Positions 37,575-48,235 of a stretch of 64,000 bases of DNA are shown in pieces; positions within the stretch are counted from its first letter, which is position 1, and every line of letters begins with the position of its first letter. Source of the stretch: Pseudogymnoascus verrucosus (lineage: Eukaryota); assembly GCA_001662655.1 (NCBI GenBank), contig KV460230.1; one strand, given 5' to 3'. The notes below the pieces were generated by a model, which saw only the letters and a program-made list of their open reading frames with translations, did not search any database and had not been told where the DNA came from. The position numbers were made by a program, and so were the translations under genes.

Positions 37575-39416
37575 GCCATTCCCGCTCCCATACAAATAAA
37601 AAAAGCGCCATCATCGTACCTGACACACTGACACAACAACTGCACCACACCCGAAGATACGATCACAGTACAACCACAGCATCTCCAGGCGAACAAGCAT
37701 CAGAACAACACTCTCCCTCATCCCTCCCGCTCCACTCACCACCAGCAATCCAATGCTTATCACACCTATCCCACCCTATCCCACCCTATCCCACCCCCCA
37801 ACTCCACAAAAAACCACCACCACCGCCTGCAAACCACCAGCCAGGGCCCCAGCCATCCCAGCGCGCGTCGTCCACCCTAGCAAGTCCTCAATCCCAGCCA
37901 TTCATCCCCAGCGAGCCTGCGTCGGATCCAGTTCGATCCTTAAGTTTGATGATATCATTATGGCCGCAACGGTATGAAAATGGCCTCTCGGCCGTCGCCA
38001 CGATGGGGTGGGGAATATCAGTTTCTATTTCTATAACAGATCTCACACCAACACCACTGTGCCGTCAAAAACCACTATTTCCCCCTCCACCACAGTTGAT
38101 ATATATGGCCCACTGATATACACCCACCCCACAAGGCTGTCCAGAGGAACGCCCATAAAGCCCTCCCTCCCATCTTGTCGCTTCCCACCACCGCCCAAAA
38201 ACATCTAGAAATCTTCCGTTTCCTAAAGGTATGCATGTCTCACTTCCTCCCATTTCCCATTTCCCACCCCATACCTCTCCAGTACTTGCCCCCCGAAGTA
38301 CCCAAGTTATTTTTATCAGCCACAAATCCCTCCCCCCCCCACCCTGCTGTCTCTGTCCCTGGCTGTTGTCCCGTTTTCGCCTCCCAGACATACAACCGTC
38401 ACCGTACTTCTGGCACCAGCCACCATGCGGATTGGCCGCGCGCCCGAAACGGCCAGGGACGCGAAAGTCGCGGAGGGCTGGGGTGTGGCCAATGGGGCGA
38501 TTGGGAGTTTTTGGATGTCGGTTTCCAAGGTTTTAAGGATTTTTTGGGGATTTCTGGTCAGCGAACTGCGGTCGTGGTGTTTTTCTGAGACATTGTTTAA
38601 TTTATTTAATATGCAGGAAGAGGAAAACAAAAGGAATTTAATTAAAATGGCTTGTGGCGTGCCATATACAGCGGAGAGGCGACTCGACTCACCGCATAGG
38701 AAACAAAACTCTCACCGTTCAACCGCATGGAAACTCACTTCCCTACTGGAGATGGGTTCGTAGTTCCGGAAAAGCTTTACCCGGCCTCTCTCTTTTCTTT
38801 TTCCTTTGCTTTCTCTATTTCTCTATTGCTTGATTTCTCCTAATGAATTGGCATGTCTCACTCCCGCAATCCATTTCCTCGAGCGGTGTAACAAGGCGCT
38901 GTGAGGATACCCCTACTATGGTGCGTATAGTGCGTGATGATAGCCGCTTGCGCACCTGGATGCGGTGCACCGTTATACAGAACCCCCCCCTTTGTGCGAG
39001 GATGGGCATCAAGAAGGCGAGAGGTTGACTCGGGTATTGGTAAACAAGCATTTTTTATCTCCTCGGAGCTATTCAATGGGTGTTGTTCGTTGAAACAGAA
39101 ACACCCATCAAGCAGCGTTGGGGTGGCGTTTATGAGAAGGCTTGTTTATGTCGTGTGTAGTAGTAGCCCGCCCTTTGGTGTGTTTCCCGGTTTGGAGTAG
39201 TCATTTAATATGGAATGCCATGTGGCTGTTTGTTACTTGTATGTTTTAATGCTTGTGGGACTAAGGAAGGTGCACAGAAAGCGCTGTGGGGTTGGTGGAG
39301 AGAATCCTATCAACTGAAGGTGAGGAGGGGGGTGGGGGTGATATATGCGAGATGAGAAGAGGGAGGAGACGAATTATCATCCCAGCTAATTGATATACTT
39401 TGTTTTCCCTTTGACA

Positions 39417-40070
39417 AGGACGGATATGCATATGTAACCGCAGGCAGATGCAGTATGAGAGGAAGGGGGAGACGAATCATCATAGCAATCGATTCAAGAT
39501 GCCTTCCTACTATCACCCTAGCACAGAGGACGGGCATGCATATGTAACTGCAAGGCGGTTCTTGCAAAAGGGAATTCAATTGGCTAGGGGCTGTTCGTCG
39601 AGGAGAGTCTTTGCTACCCCTTGGAACGGTAGATGAGATGTCGGCAGCTGTTAAGTGGGACTGGGGAGAGGCTGTTCATCGACGAGTCTTTACTACCTCC
39701 CCCTGCAACGGTAGATGAGATATTGGCAGCTGTAAAGTGAGACTGGGAAAGGGAGCAGACAAAACACCTAAGCCACCAATCAAGGGGGGCCGCCAACCTG
39801 TCAACTGGGATGACAGGTCTGGCAACCTGGAAGGTGATTCTTGGGATGGCCCAGAGAAAGAGTATCGATCGGTTGAGCAGCTGATATTCCATGAACCCAA
39901 CGTGACTGGAGGGTGATTCTCGGAACGGGTAGGGAAGGGTATGGATCAATCGTTGAGCAGCTGATATTCCACGATCCCAACGTGCTAGCCGCAAGCTGCA
40001 GGGTGATTCTCGGAACGTGGGCAGAGAAACCAAGACAGATCGATGACTTAGTACCTGATATCCCATGAGC
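39417..40070. repeat. Patchwork of degenerate direct duplications: unit A x2 (110-bp spacing), unit B x2 (~81 bp), unit C x3 (~80-90 bp)
   Basis: A: ggacggryatgcatatgtaacygca; B: ggctgttcrtcga...aacggtagatgagat...ggcagctgtwaagtgrgactggg; C: ctgsarggtgattct...gttgagcagctgatattcca...cccaacgtg. Confidence 0.8.
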
Positions 40071-40371
40071 GATAGAACCTAGATATCAGTCCTCAATGCA
40101 ACAGTCCCGAACCCCACCTCCAGAACACTTATTAGTATCACAATCCACACATCCACAAGAACACTCGCAACACGCAGTAGTAGTCATGAAATCTTTCCCG
40201 TCAGGCGGAACCTCATGGTTGGTATTCTTTCGATTGTAGGCTACCAGCAAAAAGCTACGCGTCGAATTCCTGCCCTATTTTGCAGAGTGACCGAATCCCC
40301 AGCATACCATAACAACCACAAACCACCTGTCCATGATGCTACCAACTCCCGATTTCCCAGAAATTCTTTCT

Positions 40372-41119
40372 TTATATCGAGGAAGGGTACAACATGACTC
40401 TGACGGACGCACCGAACGACTTTGGTGGGAGGTTGCGTCTGAACTGTGCGCGTACTACACCGGAGTTTCCGTGTGGGCGGGTGATCTTGCCCCAGATAAC
40501 TCTAATCTTTGATCCTCTAACCTCGCGCTGGGCACGGTACACGAAAGCGACCTTCTTTCCGAGGTAGAAGCTGGGGTAGAGGGTCAGTATTGCGTCTTCT
40601 TCCTTCCGTTCTTTCTGGCAGAGGGATCCGGGGAGACATACTTTGCGCCCTCAGTGTTCTCAACACCCTCAATCTTGATGAGCGAGGTGCCTGGGGTAGT
40701 GATGCGCTTGCCACGTTGGTAGCTCAGGTGGCGACCCCTGGGAATAGAGCGTCAGTAACTGTCACATAAATTTTCCAGCAAGCCATCGTCGGTCTTGTTC
40801 TCCTCCCTCCGTGCGTCGTCTCAGCTGCCTCCATCTCTTGCTGCGATGTGCCATCGTCGTCCCACTTCCACTTCTTCCTCCCAAGACTCGTCATTCGGGA
40901 TGGTAATAACTCACTTGACGTATACTAGAAACAAGACACGTTAGCAAAGACTCTCAAAGGTATAACTCCTGTAACCCTCAGTCCAGAAAACCCCGACGCA
41001 CCTCCCGCGCACCCGGCGGGACAAAGTCATCGCGACGGCTTCCTGGACTTGCAACGGGTCACAAAAAGTGGGATATAAAGCGGTTGGCACTCACGGCGGT
41101 GACCTGCTTCAGTTGGCAT
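40372..41119 (-). CDS. RPL33: 60S ribosomal protein eL33 (L33/L35A); exons 41119-41095, 40924-40915, 40737-40642, 40570-40372
   Basis: Spliced translation [109 protein letters not shown]; all junctions GT-AG. Confidence 0.97.
40966..41067 (-). other. Long predicted RNA hairpin inside RPL33 intron 1
   Basis: Nested sense-strand helices GUGACCC/GGGUUAC, AGUCCAGGAAGCC/GGUUUUCUGGACU, CGAUG/CGUCG, UCCCGC/GCGGGA, with several G-U pairs. Confidence 0.7.
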
Positions 41120-43068
41120 CTTGACGAAGGGACTTCTCGACAGTCGGTGGAATCGAGGAGTTTTGATGTTATTGAAGATCGACTCGTCTTCGGAATTGTC
41201 GATTTGTCGGGGGGTCGTCGATTGGGGCTGGTTGGGGCTGTTCCTATTCGGCCGTACAGGCGAAAACATCGGGATGAGGGCTACGAAACCCTTTTCGCTT
41301 AGCGAGTCGATTCGATTTTCGGAATTTCTGATTCAAAGTGGGATTAGGTAAGCGTATTGGGGCTCGGTCACGGGGTTTGTGGGCGATAAGAGATTAGCTG
41401 TGGTGAGGTGTCTTATCGCTTATCGGAACTCCGTATTGAGATAGACCGAGGACAGAGCAAAATACTCGAGTAGTCACAGCTCAGAACTGAAGCCAGAGTG
41501 TCAAGCTGGTTATACATATTTACTGCCAGGGCGGTCCTACGTATTCGAGTTGAAGTGGTCTTCATGAGGCAGTTTATGAGAGTCTGATCCGCCTGAAAAT
41601 GCCGTCGTACTTGAGGGAATTCAACGAGCAGCTTCGCTCGTAGAGTTGAAAGGCGACGTGACCATAATGCTTCAGCAAAAGCAAAACCACAGACCTAACC
41701 TTCTTCAAGCAACGGTGGAAAATTGCCCGAAGCAGCATCAGCTGTACTCGACTACTTTCATACGGTCCCATTTATGCTCCGTAAGTACATCCATGCTTTA
41801 TCATCCTCACCAAGAGGACGCGGAGTCCGCAGAGCGCATCGTTAGCCAGCCCCACCAGCACCGACGCCGGCGCGCCTTTGAGCACCACCACAGTAGGTAG
41901 GGCAAATTTATCCTCAAGAGCTAGAGCGCCTATCCTCTGTACTATGTAGTAAAGGCGGCAAAATGCACGTCTAGTCTAGTATGTAACGTGGGAAGGCGGC
42001 ATGATCGTGTGGTAGCACAGCTCATGAATACATCTCATCGGATACAGAGCGGCGAGGAGAGTACAAGGAGAATAGATGCGGACATTCCACTGTATATATA
42101 CTTGAAAGAGAAGGCGAGTTAACAACCGGTGTGGGTATGCCCAGAAACGGCCGCTCATCGCTGTTTATATCACTACCATGCCGAGCAAAAATTAAAAATC
42201 AAAGAAAGTCTTGAAGGACCGATCCATTTCCATTTAACCGGCCATACATACTCCGTTAAAGGCGACCGAAGTGCATATGCGGCCCCCCATCCATGGACTT
42301 TTTTTTTTTGCTGACTGAGGCGACAAAGTCACAAAGTCTTAAGAGACGGATACATAAATCTAGTTCGTAATAGTAAAGGTGGTTGGAATTTCTGGGCCGT
42401 TTCTGGCTCTTTACTGGCCTGTTTGTGGTGGTTGGTAGGTGATGATTCAGAGTTGTGCAGGCGCCGGATAATCAATAGATACTGTAATCATACAGCATGG
42501 AGTATGTAAGTTGGTATGTAAGTTGATATGTAAAGTTCATTTCTTACTGTACGGTGCTGTAAAAAGTACATTTCAGCTTAGCAATTGATTGGGGGGACTC
42601 TAAAAAGGACAATATTGCCCTTGGGGGGACAATGACCCTTAATTGGGGGGGACAATGGCCCTCAGTTGGGGGGGGGGAGACTTGGAGGTCCGGCAGCCGG
42701 AGAAAATGGTGAATTAAACCCCGCGGCAGAACCAACTAACTGATGGCCGGGCGGGGTGTGGTGACGGGGGTGACGGGGCTGTTTCACTCAACCATTTGTC
42801 CCAGAGCTCATCCACCTCTACCTCCACCACCACCACCACCCCAAAGCACATACCACCCTCTAGTCCCATAGTCCCACCACCCTCCACCCTCTTTTGTGAG
42901 CTCCCTTCGATAGGACTCACCTCCCCTCTTCAGAGCTACAAATACAAAACATCCAACACCAACCTCACATAACACTGCCCTATTTCTCTCTATTACTACC
43001 TCATAACCATCCTCATCTATATTCTACTTTCGTTTTAATCCTGTACGGCGTTCTGTCGCTCGTGAGCA

Positions 43069-45061
43069 ATGGCTGATACTGTCATCAAGAAAGAGGAGCC
43101 ACATGGTGCTGGGTGAGTTGATATTTCGTGCCGATCTACGTCACAGCTACCGCTGGAATCACAACGCAAAAATGTCGCTGCCGCGCCCATCGTTGTCGCC
43201 CATGGCCACAATGATTGATATGGTTTTCAATCAAGGTTATTGAATTCGCGGTCGCGGTCAATCTGATGTTTTGCTGTTCTTTTCTCTTTTCGAGCCGTGC
43301 CATGGTGGGGTATCTATCTGTACTGACGTACTTGTCCCGACAGCAACATCGAGTTAAAGAATAACACGGTCATCGTTGTTCTGGGCGCCTCTGGTGATCT
43401 GGCCAAGAAGAAGACTGTAGGTTTCAGCGATACTGCTATCTCAATTGTAAATACTGACACTTTTCCACAGTTCCCAGCTCTCTTTGGATTGGTAAGATAC
43501 CCCGAGTACTCATAGCTCCGGAGTTTACGGGATCCTGTACTCATGCCATCTAGTACCGAAACCAATTCCTCCCCAAAGACATCAGAATCGTCGGATATGC
43601 CAGGACTAAGATGGACCATGAGGAGTACCTCAAGCGGGTCAAGTCATACATCAAGACCCCGACAAAGGATATTGAGCAGCAATTGGAGGAGTTCACTAAG
43701 ATCTGCACATATATCTCGGGCCAATATGATCAGGACGAATCGTTTGTCAACTTAAGGAAACATCTTGAGGAGCTGGAGAAGGGCCGGAAAGAGCAGAACC
43801 GCGTGTTCTACATGGCGCTCCCCCCAAGTGTCTTCACCACCGTCTCGCAGCACTTGAAGAAGAACTGCTACCCTGAGAGCGGTATTGCCAGAATCATTGT
43901 AAGGAAGCTAACCACCGAGTGCTATTTGATGGTCACTAATATCAGCCCTACAGGTCGAGAAGCCATTCGGAAAGGATCTTGGCAGCTCCAGAGAGCTCCA
44001 AAAAGCACTGGAGCCGAACTGGAAGGAGGAGGAGATCTTCCGTATTGATCATTACCTCGGAAAGGAAATGGTCAAGAACATCTTGATCCTGCGATTTGGC
44101 AACGAGTTCTTTGGCGCAACCTGGAACCGGAACCACATCGATAACGTGCAGATCTCCTTCAAGGAGCCGTTCGGCACCGAGGGACGTGGCGGCTACTTCG
44201 ACGAGTTCGGCATCATCCGCGATGTCATGCAGAACCACTTGCTCCAAGTTCTCACTTTACTGGCTATGGAGAGGCCAATCTCGTTCTCGGCTGAGGACAT
44301 CAGAGATGAGAAGGTCCGCGTATTAAGAGCAATCCCAGCCATCGAGCCGAAGAACGTTATCATCGGCCAGTACGGCAAGTCCCTGGACGGAAACAAGCCA
44401 TCCTACAAGGAAGACGACACAGTCCCCAAGGACTCCAGGTGTCCAACCTTCTGCGCCATGGTGGCATACATCAAGAACGAGCGCTGGGACGGCGTGCCCT
44501 TCATCCTCAAGGCCGGAAAGGCGCTGAACGAGCAGAAGACGGAGATCAGAATCCAGTTCAAGGACGTCACATCCGGCATCTTCAAGGACATCCCCCGCAA
44601 CGAGCTCGTCATGCGCATCCAGCCCAATGAGAGCGTGTACATCAAGATGAACTCCAAGCTCCCTGGTCTGAGCATGCAGACGGTCGTGACCGAGCTGGAT
44701 CTCACCTACCGCCGCCGCTTCTCCGACCTCAAGATCCCAGAGGCCTACGAGTCGCTGATCCTCGATTCCATGAAGGGCGACCACTCCAACTTTGTTCGTG
44801 ACGATGAGCTCGATGCCAGCTGGAGAATCTTCACCCCGCTCCTCCATTACCTCGATGATAACAAGGAGATCATCCCTATGGAGTACCCATACGGTAAGAG
44901 TTCTTGAATTGTTTTTGTAAAAAATGTACCAACTAACGATTTACCCAGGCTCCCGCGGCCCCGCCGTCCTCGACGACTTCACCTCCTCCTACGGCTACAA
45001 GTTCAGCGACGCCGCAGGCTACCAATGGCCCACCACCTCCACCCAGCCAAACAAGCTATAA
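43069..45061 (+). CDS. ZWF1: Glucose-6-phosphate 1-dehydrogenase; six exons (43069-43112, 43344-43416, 43471-43491, 43554-43898, 43954-44893, 44949-45061)
   Basis: GASGDLAKKKT-FPALFGL, EKPFGKD, RIDHYLGKE, GTEGRGGYFDEFGIIRDVMQNHL, YPYG-SRGP. Confidence 0.98.
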
Positions 45062-45503
45062 ACACCCTCCTCGAACCACGAACAAACCGCAGGCAGCGAC
45101 ACAAAATGGTGCGGGAGGAAAGCGGGCACGCGCGCGAACCTCCCCGGCGAGCTGCTCGAACAACATACTAGCGAAACCTCACCTCCTCCTTGTCGCCACC
45201 AGTCAGCCAATCTTTACATGCGTTTCTTATCGGTCGGAGTCGGTACTGTTTGGTGCGGGCGCGGGGCACCCCCCCTTCTCCAGGTCCCTGCGGCGGGTAG
45301 ACGCGCTGGCAGGGCTGCAATTGCGTAGAAAGGGATGGGTTTGATAGACGAAGCGCGGAGGGGAATCGGTAGCAGATTACTCAAACGGCGGAGGACGGGC
45401 TGGGGCCGGAGGGGGGTGCTGACGCGGTGTTATTTATACATTCAATGATACATGTTTTCCATGGCCCATCTATTCTAGCTTGCCTGTCTTGTCCCTCCTT
45501 AAA

Positions 45504-47453
45504 CTACTCCTCGTCGACCACAGGTTCTACTACCCGCCCCATAATATGGATCTTATGCTCCATCCTCGGCCCAACCCACCACCCTCTCGTGACAAACCTC
45601 CTTACCACCTCTTTCAACCCCCCACGAGGCCCCACCATCTCCATCAAAACACCCCAGCCCACCTCCCCCTTACGCCACGACCCCCAAGGCACCATCGCCT
45701 GTTTCCACGCCTCCTCATCCGACCCATGCATCATCTCCTCCCCCGGCCTCAACATCTCCACACCCCCCGCAAACCCCCACACCACGGCCACCAACCTCCA
45801 ATTCCCCAGCGCCTTCCTCCGATCCTCCACAAGCGCATAGTCAAACTGATCCCAGAACCTCACATCGCGCAACGCCGCCTCATCCTCCGTCTTATCATAC
45901 GCCCACTCGATATCCCAATCCACCCGTCCCCCCTTCCCCGGCAGGACCCCTGAATTCCCCCCATAACTCAGGAAATCCGCCCGCCAAAAAGGTTTGCTCG
46001 GCGCAGCTTCCTGGAACCTCGTCACGCCAGTCATACAACTCAACACATCCGTATGCACCCTCACCACCTGCCCCTCCCTCACAAACCCTATCTGCCTATC
46101 GATCCCCACCCGCTGATGCAGCTCCCACAGCGCTTCGCCGCCGGGGTAGTTCAGCGAAGACACGAGAAGCATCCCCATCGCCGCCACGAAACTCACCACC
46201 ACACCCCCCACCACCGCCAGCGAGCCCACTCTATACACCACCCCCCTCGCCCGGCGCGTCCACACATACGACGCCCCCAACGCCGCGGCCGCCGTCAAGG
46301 GCGGTATGGCATAAATAATAAACCGCGCCTCCTTGTGCGGCTGCGCGCTATACAGCGCCACATACGCCAGCTGCGGGATCACCAGCCCCCTCGCCGCGCG
46401 CGACGTGGCGGGGAAGTACAGCGCTGCTGCTAGCATTGGGATAGCGAGCGGGTTTAGGAGGAGTTTGGGAAGGGAAGAGGAGAAGTATGCGTGCCAGGGT
46501 GAAACTCCCCATTCGGACGACGCGCCGTGGTAGGCGTTGAAGATGAAGGATGCGAGTTCGGGCCAGACGGGGCGGAGCCAGAATGCTGAGTCGACGGCGA
46601 CGGATGCGGCGATTGATAAAGCTGCCGCGGGGAGCCCAGCGAGGACGACGGTGCGTAGATCCGCACGTCGTGTCCAAAGCAGGAAGCCCACCTGCGTAGC
46701 AAGTAACAGCGCGATTTCCGCGCGGAAAATCACACCCGCTGCAACCAGCAGATAAATCCCCCTCCTCACCTGACTCCGCTGGCCCGCGGCATTATTCCCG
46801 GGCACAGGGAGGAAAGCGCGCGCAGCCTCGGTGGTGAGGAGGAGCGCGAAGGTGTTGGGGAGGGTGCGCGAGGCGTAGAAGGGGATGTGGAATTGTGTTG
46901 CTTGGAGGAGGATGTACCACCTCCCCACTCCGGGACCGAATGCCTTTGCAAGCGCGCGCGCGTATCGCAGGAGAGCGAGGGCGGTTAGGGAGCCGAGGAT
47001 GAAGCGGGCGGTTTGTTGGGCGGAGCCGGTGACGAGGGTGTGGAAGAGGAGTTGGGAGTGGGCGAAGTGGAGGGGGGTGCCGAGGATGGCATTGGTGAAG
47101 GTGCGGATGTATGCGAAGGAGGTGGCGTGGAGGAAGGCACGGGTTAGCTGCGCGAGGAGGAGGGAGCCGATGAATGTCCGAGGGACGGCGCCGGGGAAGG
47201 TGATGTGGTCGTAGTTTGAGCGGATGTGGGAGGCGAAGGTCGAGGGGGAGAAGGGGGGAGGGTAGGTGAGAATGTCGTGTGTGGCTTGGATGTTGAAGGA
47301 TTCTTCGACTTTGGTGTAGGGAGCGGCGAGGAGGTGGAGGAGGATTAGGGCGGGGAGGAGGAGGGGGAGGGTTGTCTCTGGGGGAGGGTGGTTAGCTCTC
47401 TGCTTGTTCTTTGTGATAGTATAGGTAAGGAGAAACGTACGTAGTCCTCTCAT
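45504..47453 (-). CDS. ALG12: Dol-P-Man alpha-1,6-mannosyltransferase Alg12 (GT22); probable intron 47440-47378
   Basis: APYTKVEESFNIQATHD, YDHITFPGAVPRTF, FYASRTLPN, QPHKEARFI, LNYPGGEAL, CMTGVTRF, YDKTED. Confidence 0.95.
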   Translation of the reverse strand: MRGLRTFLLTYTITKNKQRANHPPPETTLPLLLPALILLHLLAAPYTKVEESFNIQATHDILTYPPPFSPSTFASHIRSNYDHITFPGAVPRTFIGSLLLAQLTRAFLHATSFAYIRTFTNAILGTPLHFAHSQLLFHTLVTGSAQQTARFILGSLTALALLRYARALAKAFGPGVGRWYILLQATQFHIPFYASRTLPNTFALLLTTEAARAFLPVPGNNAAGQRSQVRRGIYLLVAAGVIFRAEIALLLATQVGFLLWTRRADLRTVVLAGLPAAALSIAASVAVDSAFWLRPVWPELASFIFNAYHGASSEWGVSPWHAYFSSSLPKLLLNPLAIPMLAAALYFPATSRAARGLVIPQLAYVALYSAQPHKEARFIIYAIPPLTAAAALGASYVWTRRARGVVYRVGSLAVVGGVVVSFVAAMGMLLVSSLNYPGGEALWELHQRVGIDRQIGFVREGQVVRVHTDVLSCMTGVTRFQEAAPSKPFWRADFLSYGGNSGVLPGKGGRVDWDIEWAYDKTEDEAALRDVRFWDQFDYALVEDRRKALGNWRLVAVVWGFAGGVEMLRPGEEMMHGSDEEAWKQAMVPWGSWRKGEVGWGVLMEMVGPRGGLKEVVRRFVTRGWWVGPRMEHKIHIMGRVVEPVVDEE

Positions 47454-47809
47454 CTTCTATTTCCGCAATCCCATTGTCGTAAATAGTAGTAGTAGAAGTC
47501 CAATACGATATATCTATCCTCAATCGAACTCCCCCTTCGTACTTTATATACCAACTTTAAATAGAGTGGATGCCTCGCTGGCCCCTCGGCGCTCTACAAG
47601 CTCGGTCGGGACTGCCCTCAAACAGCGAGCTCCCCCCATCAAAAAATGTGGGGACGGAAGTTCCCGCACCGGAATTCTGGCTTCAAGCTCCCTCTCCCAC
47701 GTAGGTAACCCCCATCGCCAACCCTCCCCCCGCCGCCTTCCCACCCCGCAAAACACATCCTCAGCTGTAATTCTTCTCCGGGGAAAAAGGGAAGCTTCGA
47801 ACCGACAAG

Positions 47810-48126
47810 ATGATGTTCTTTGGCCTCGGCGGCATCTTCTACTGTTTGTCCCCCCCACCCCTTTCCAGTCCCCCACCGTCCCTGTCTCTCCCTGTTACCT
47901 TGGCCCCCGTCGAAGCGGTCGCAAGACAGAAAGCTAACGATAATACAAGTCATGGTCCTCGTCACAAACGCCATCGCCATCCTCTCCGAAGACCGCTTCC
48001 TAGCGCGCATAGGCTGGTCGGCCTCCTCAGCGGCGGAGCCCGCGTTCGGTGCTGGGCCCGGGGGCGACGCGAGCGTGAAGAGCAAGATTGTGAATTTGAT
48101 TGCGAGTGTGAGGACGTTGATGAGGA
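47810..48126 (+). CDS. YOS1: Yos1/IER3IP1 ER-Golgi transport protein, exons 47810-47843 and 47950-48126; terminal exon not found
   Basis: MMFFGLGGIFY-FMVLVTNAIAILSEDRFLARIGWS...SVKSKIVNLIASVRTLMR followed by a GTATGT donor. Confidence 0.85.
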
Positions 48127-48136
48127 GTATGTGCTC

Positions 48137-48235
48137 TCCCCCCCCCCCCCCCCTTTTTTTTTTTTTCTTTTTTTTTTGTTTTTTTTTTGGTGTGGGTGGG
48201 GTGGGGGGGGGGGGGAGGGGGGAGAGAAGGGGGGG
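48137..48235. repeat. Adjacent poly-C, poly-T and poly-G runs (low complexity, possible sequencing or assembly artefact)
   Basis: Long C run, ~35 nt T-rich run, then G runs, inside YOS1 intron 2. Confidence 0.8.

Noticed and set aside
36850..38760. ORFs of 100-250 aa upstream of the DUF2406 gene
   Set aside because: Pro/His-rich low-complexity translations of C-rich or G-rich promoter DNA, mostly with non-ATG starts.
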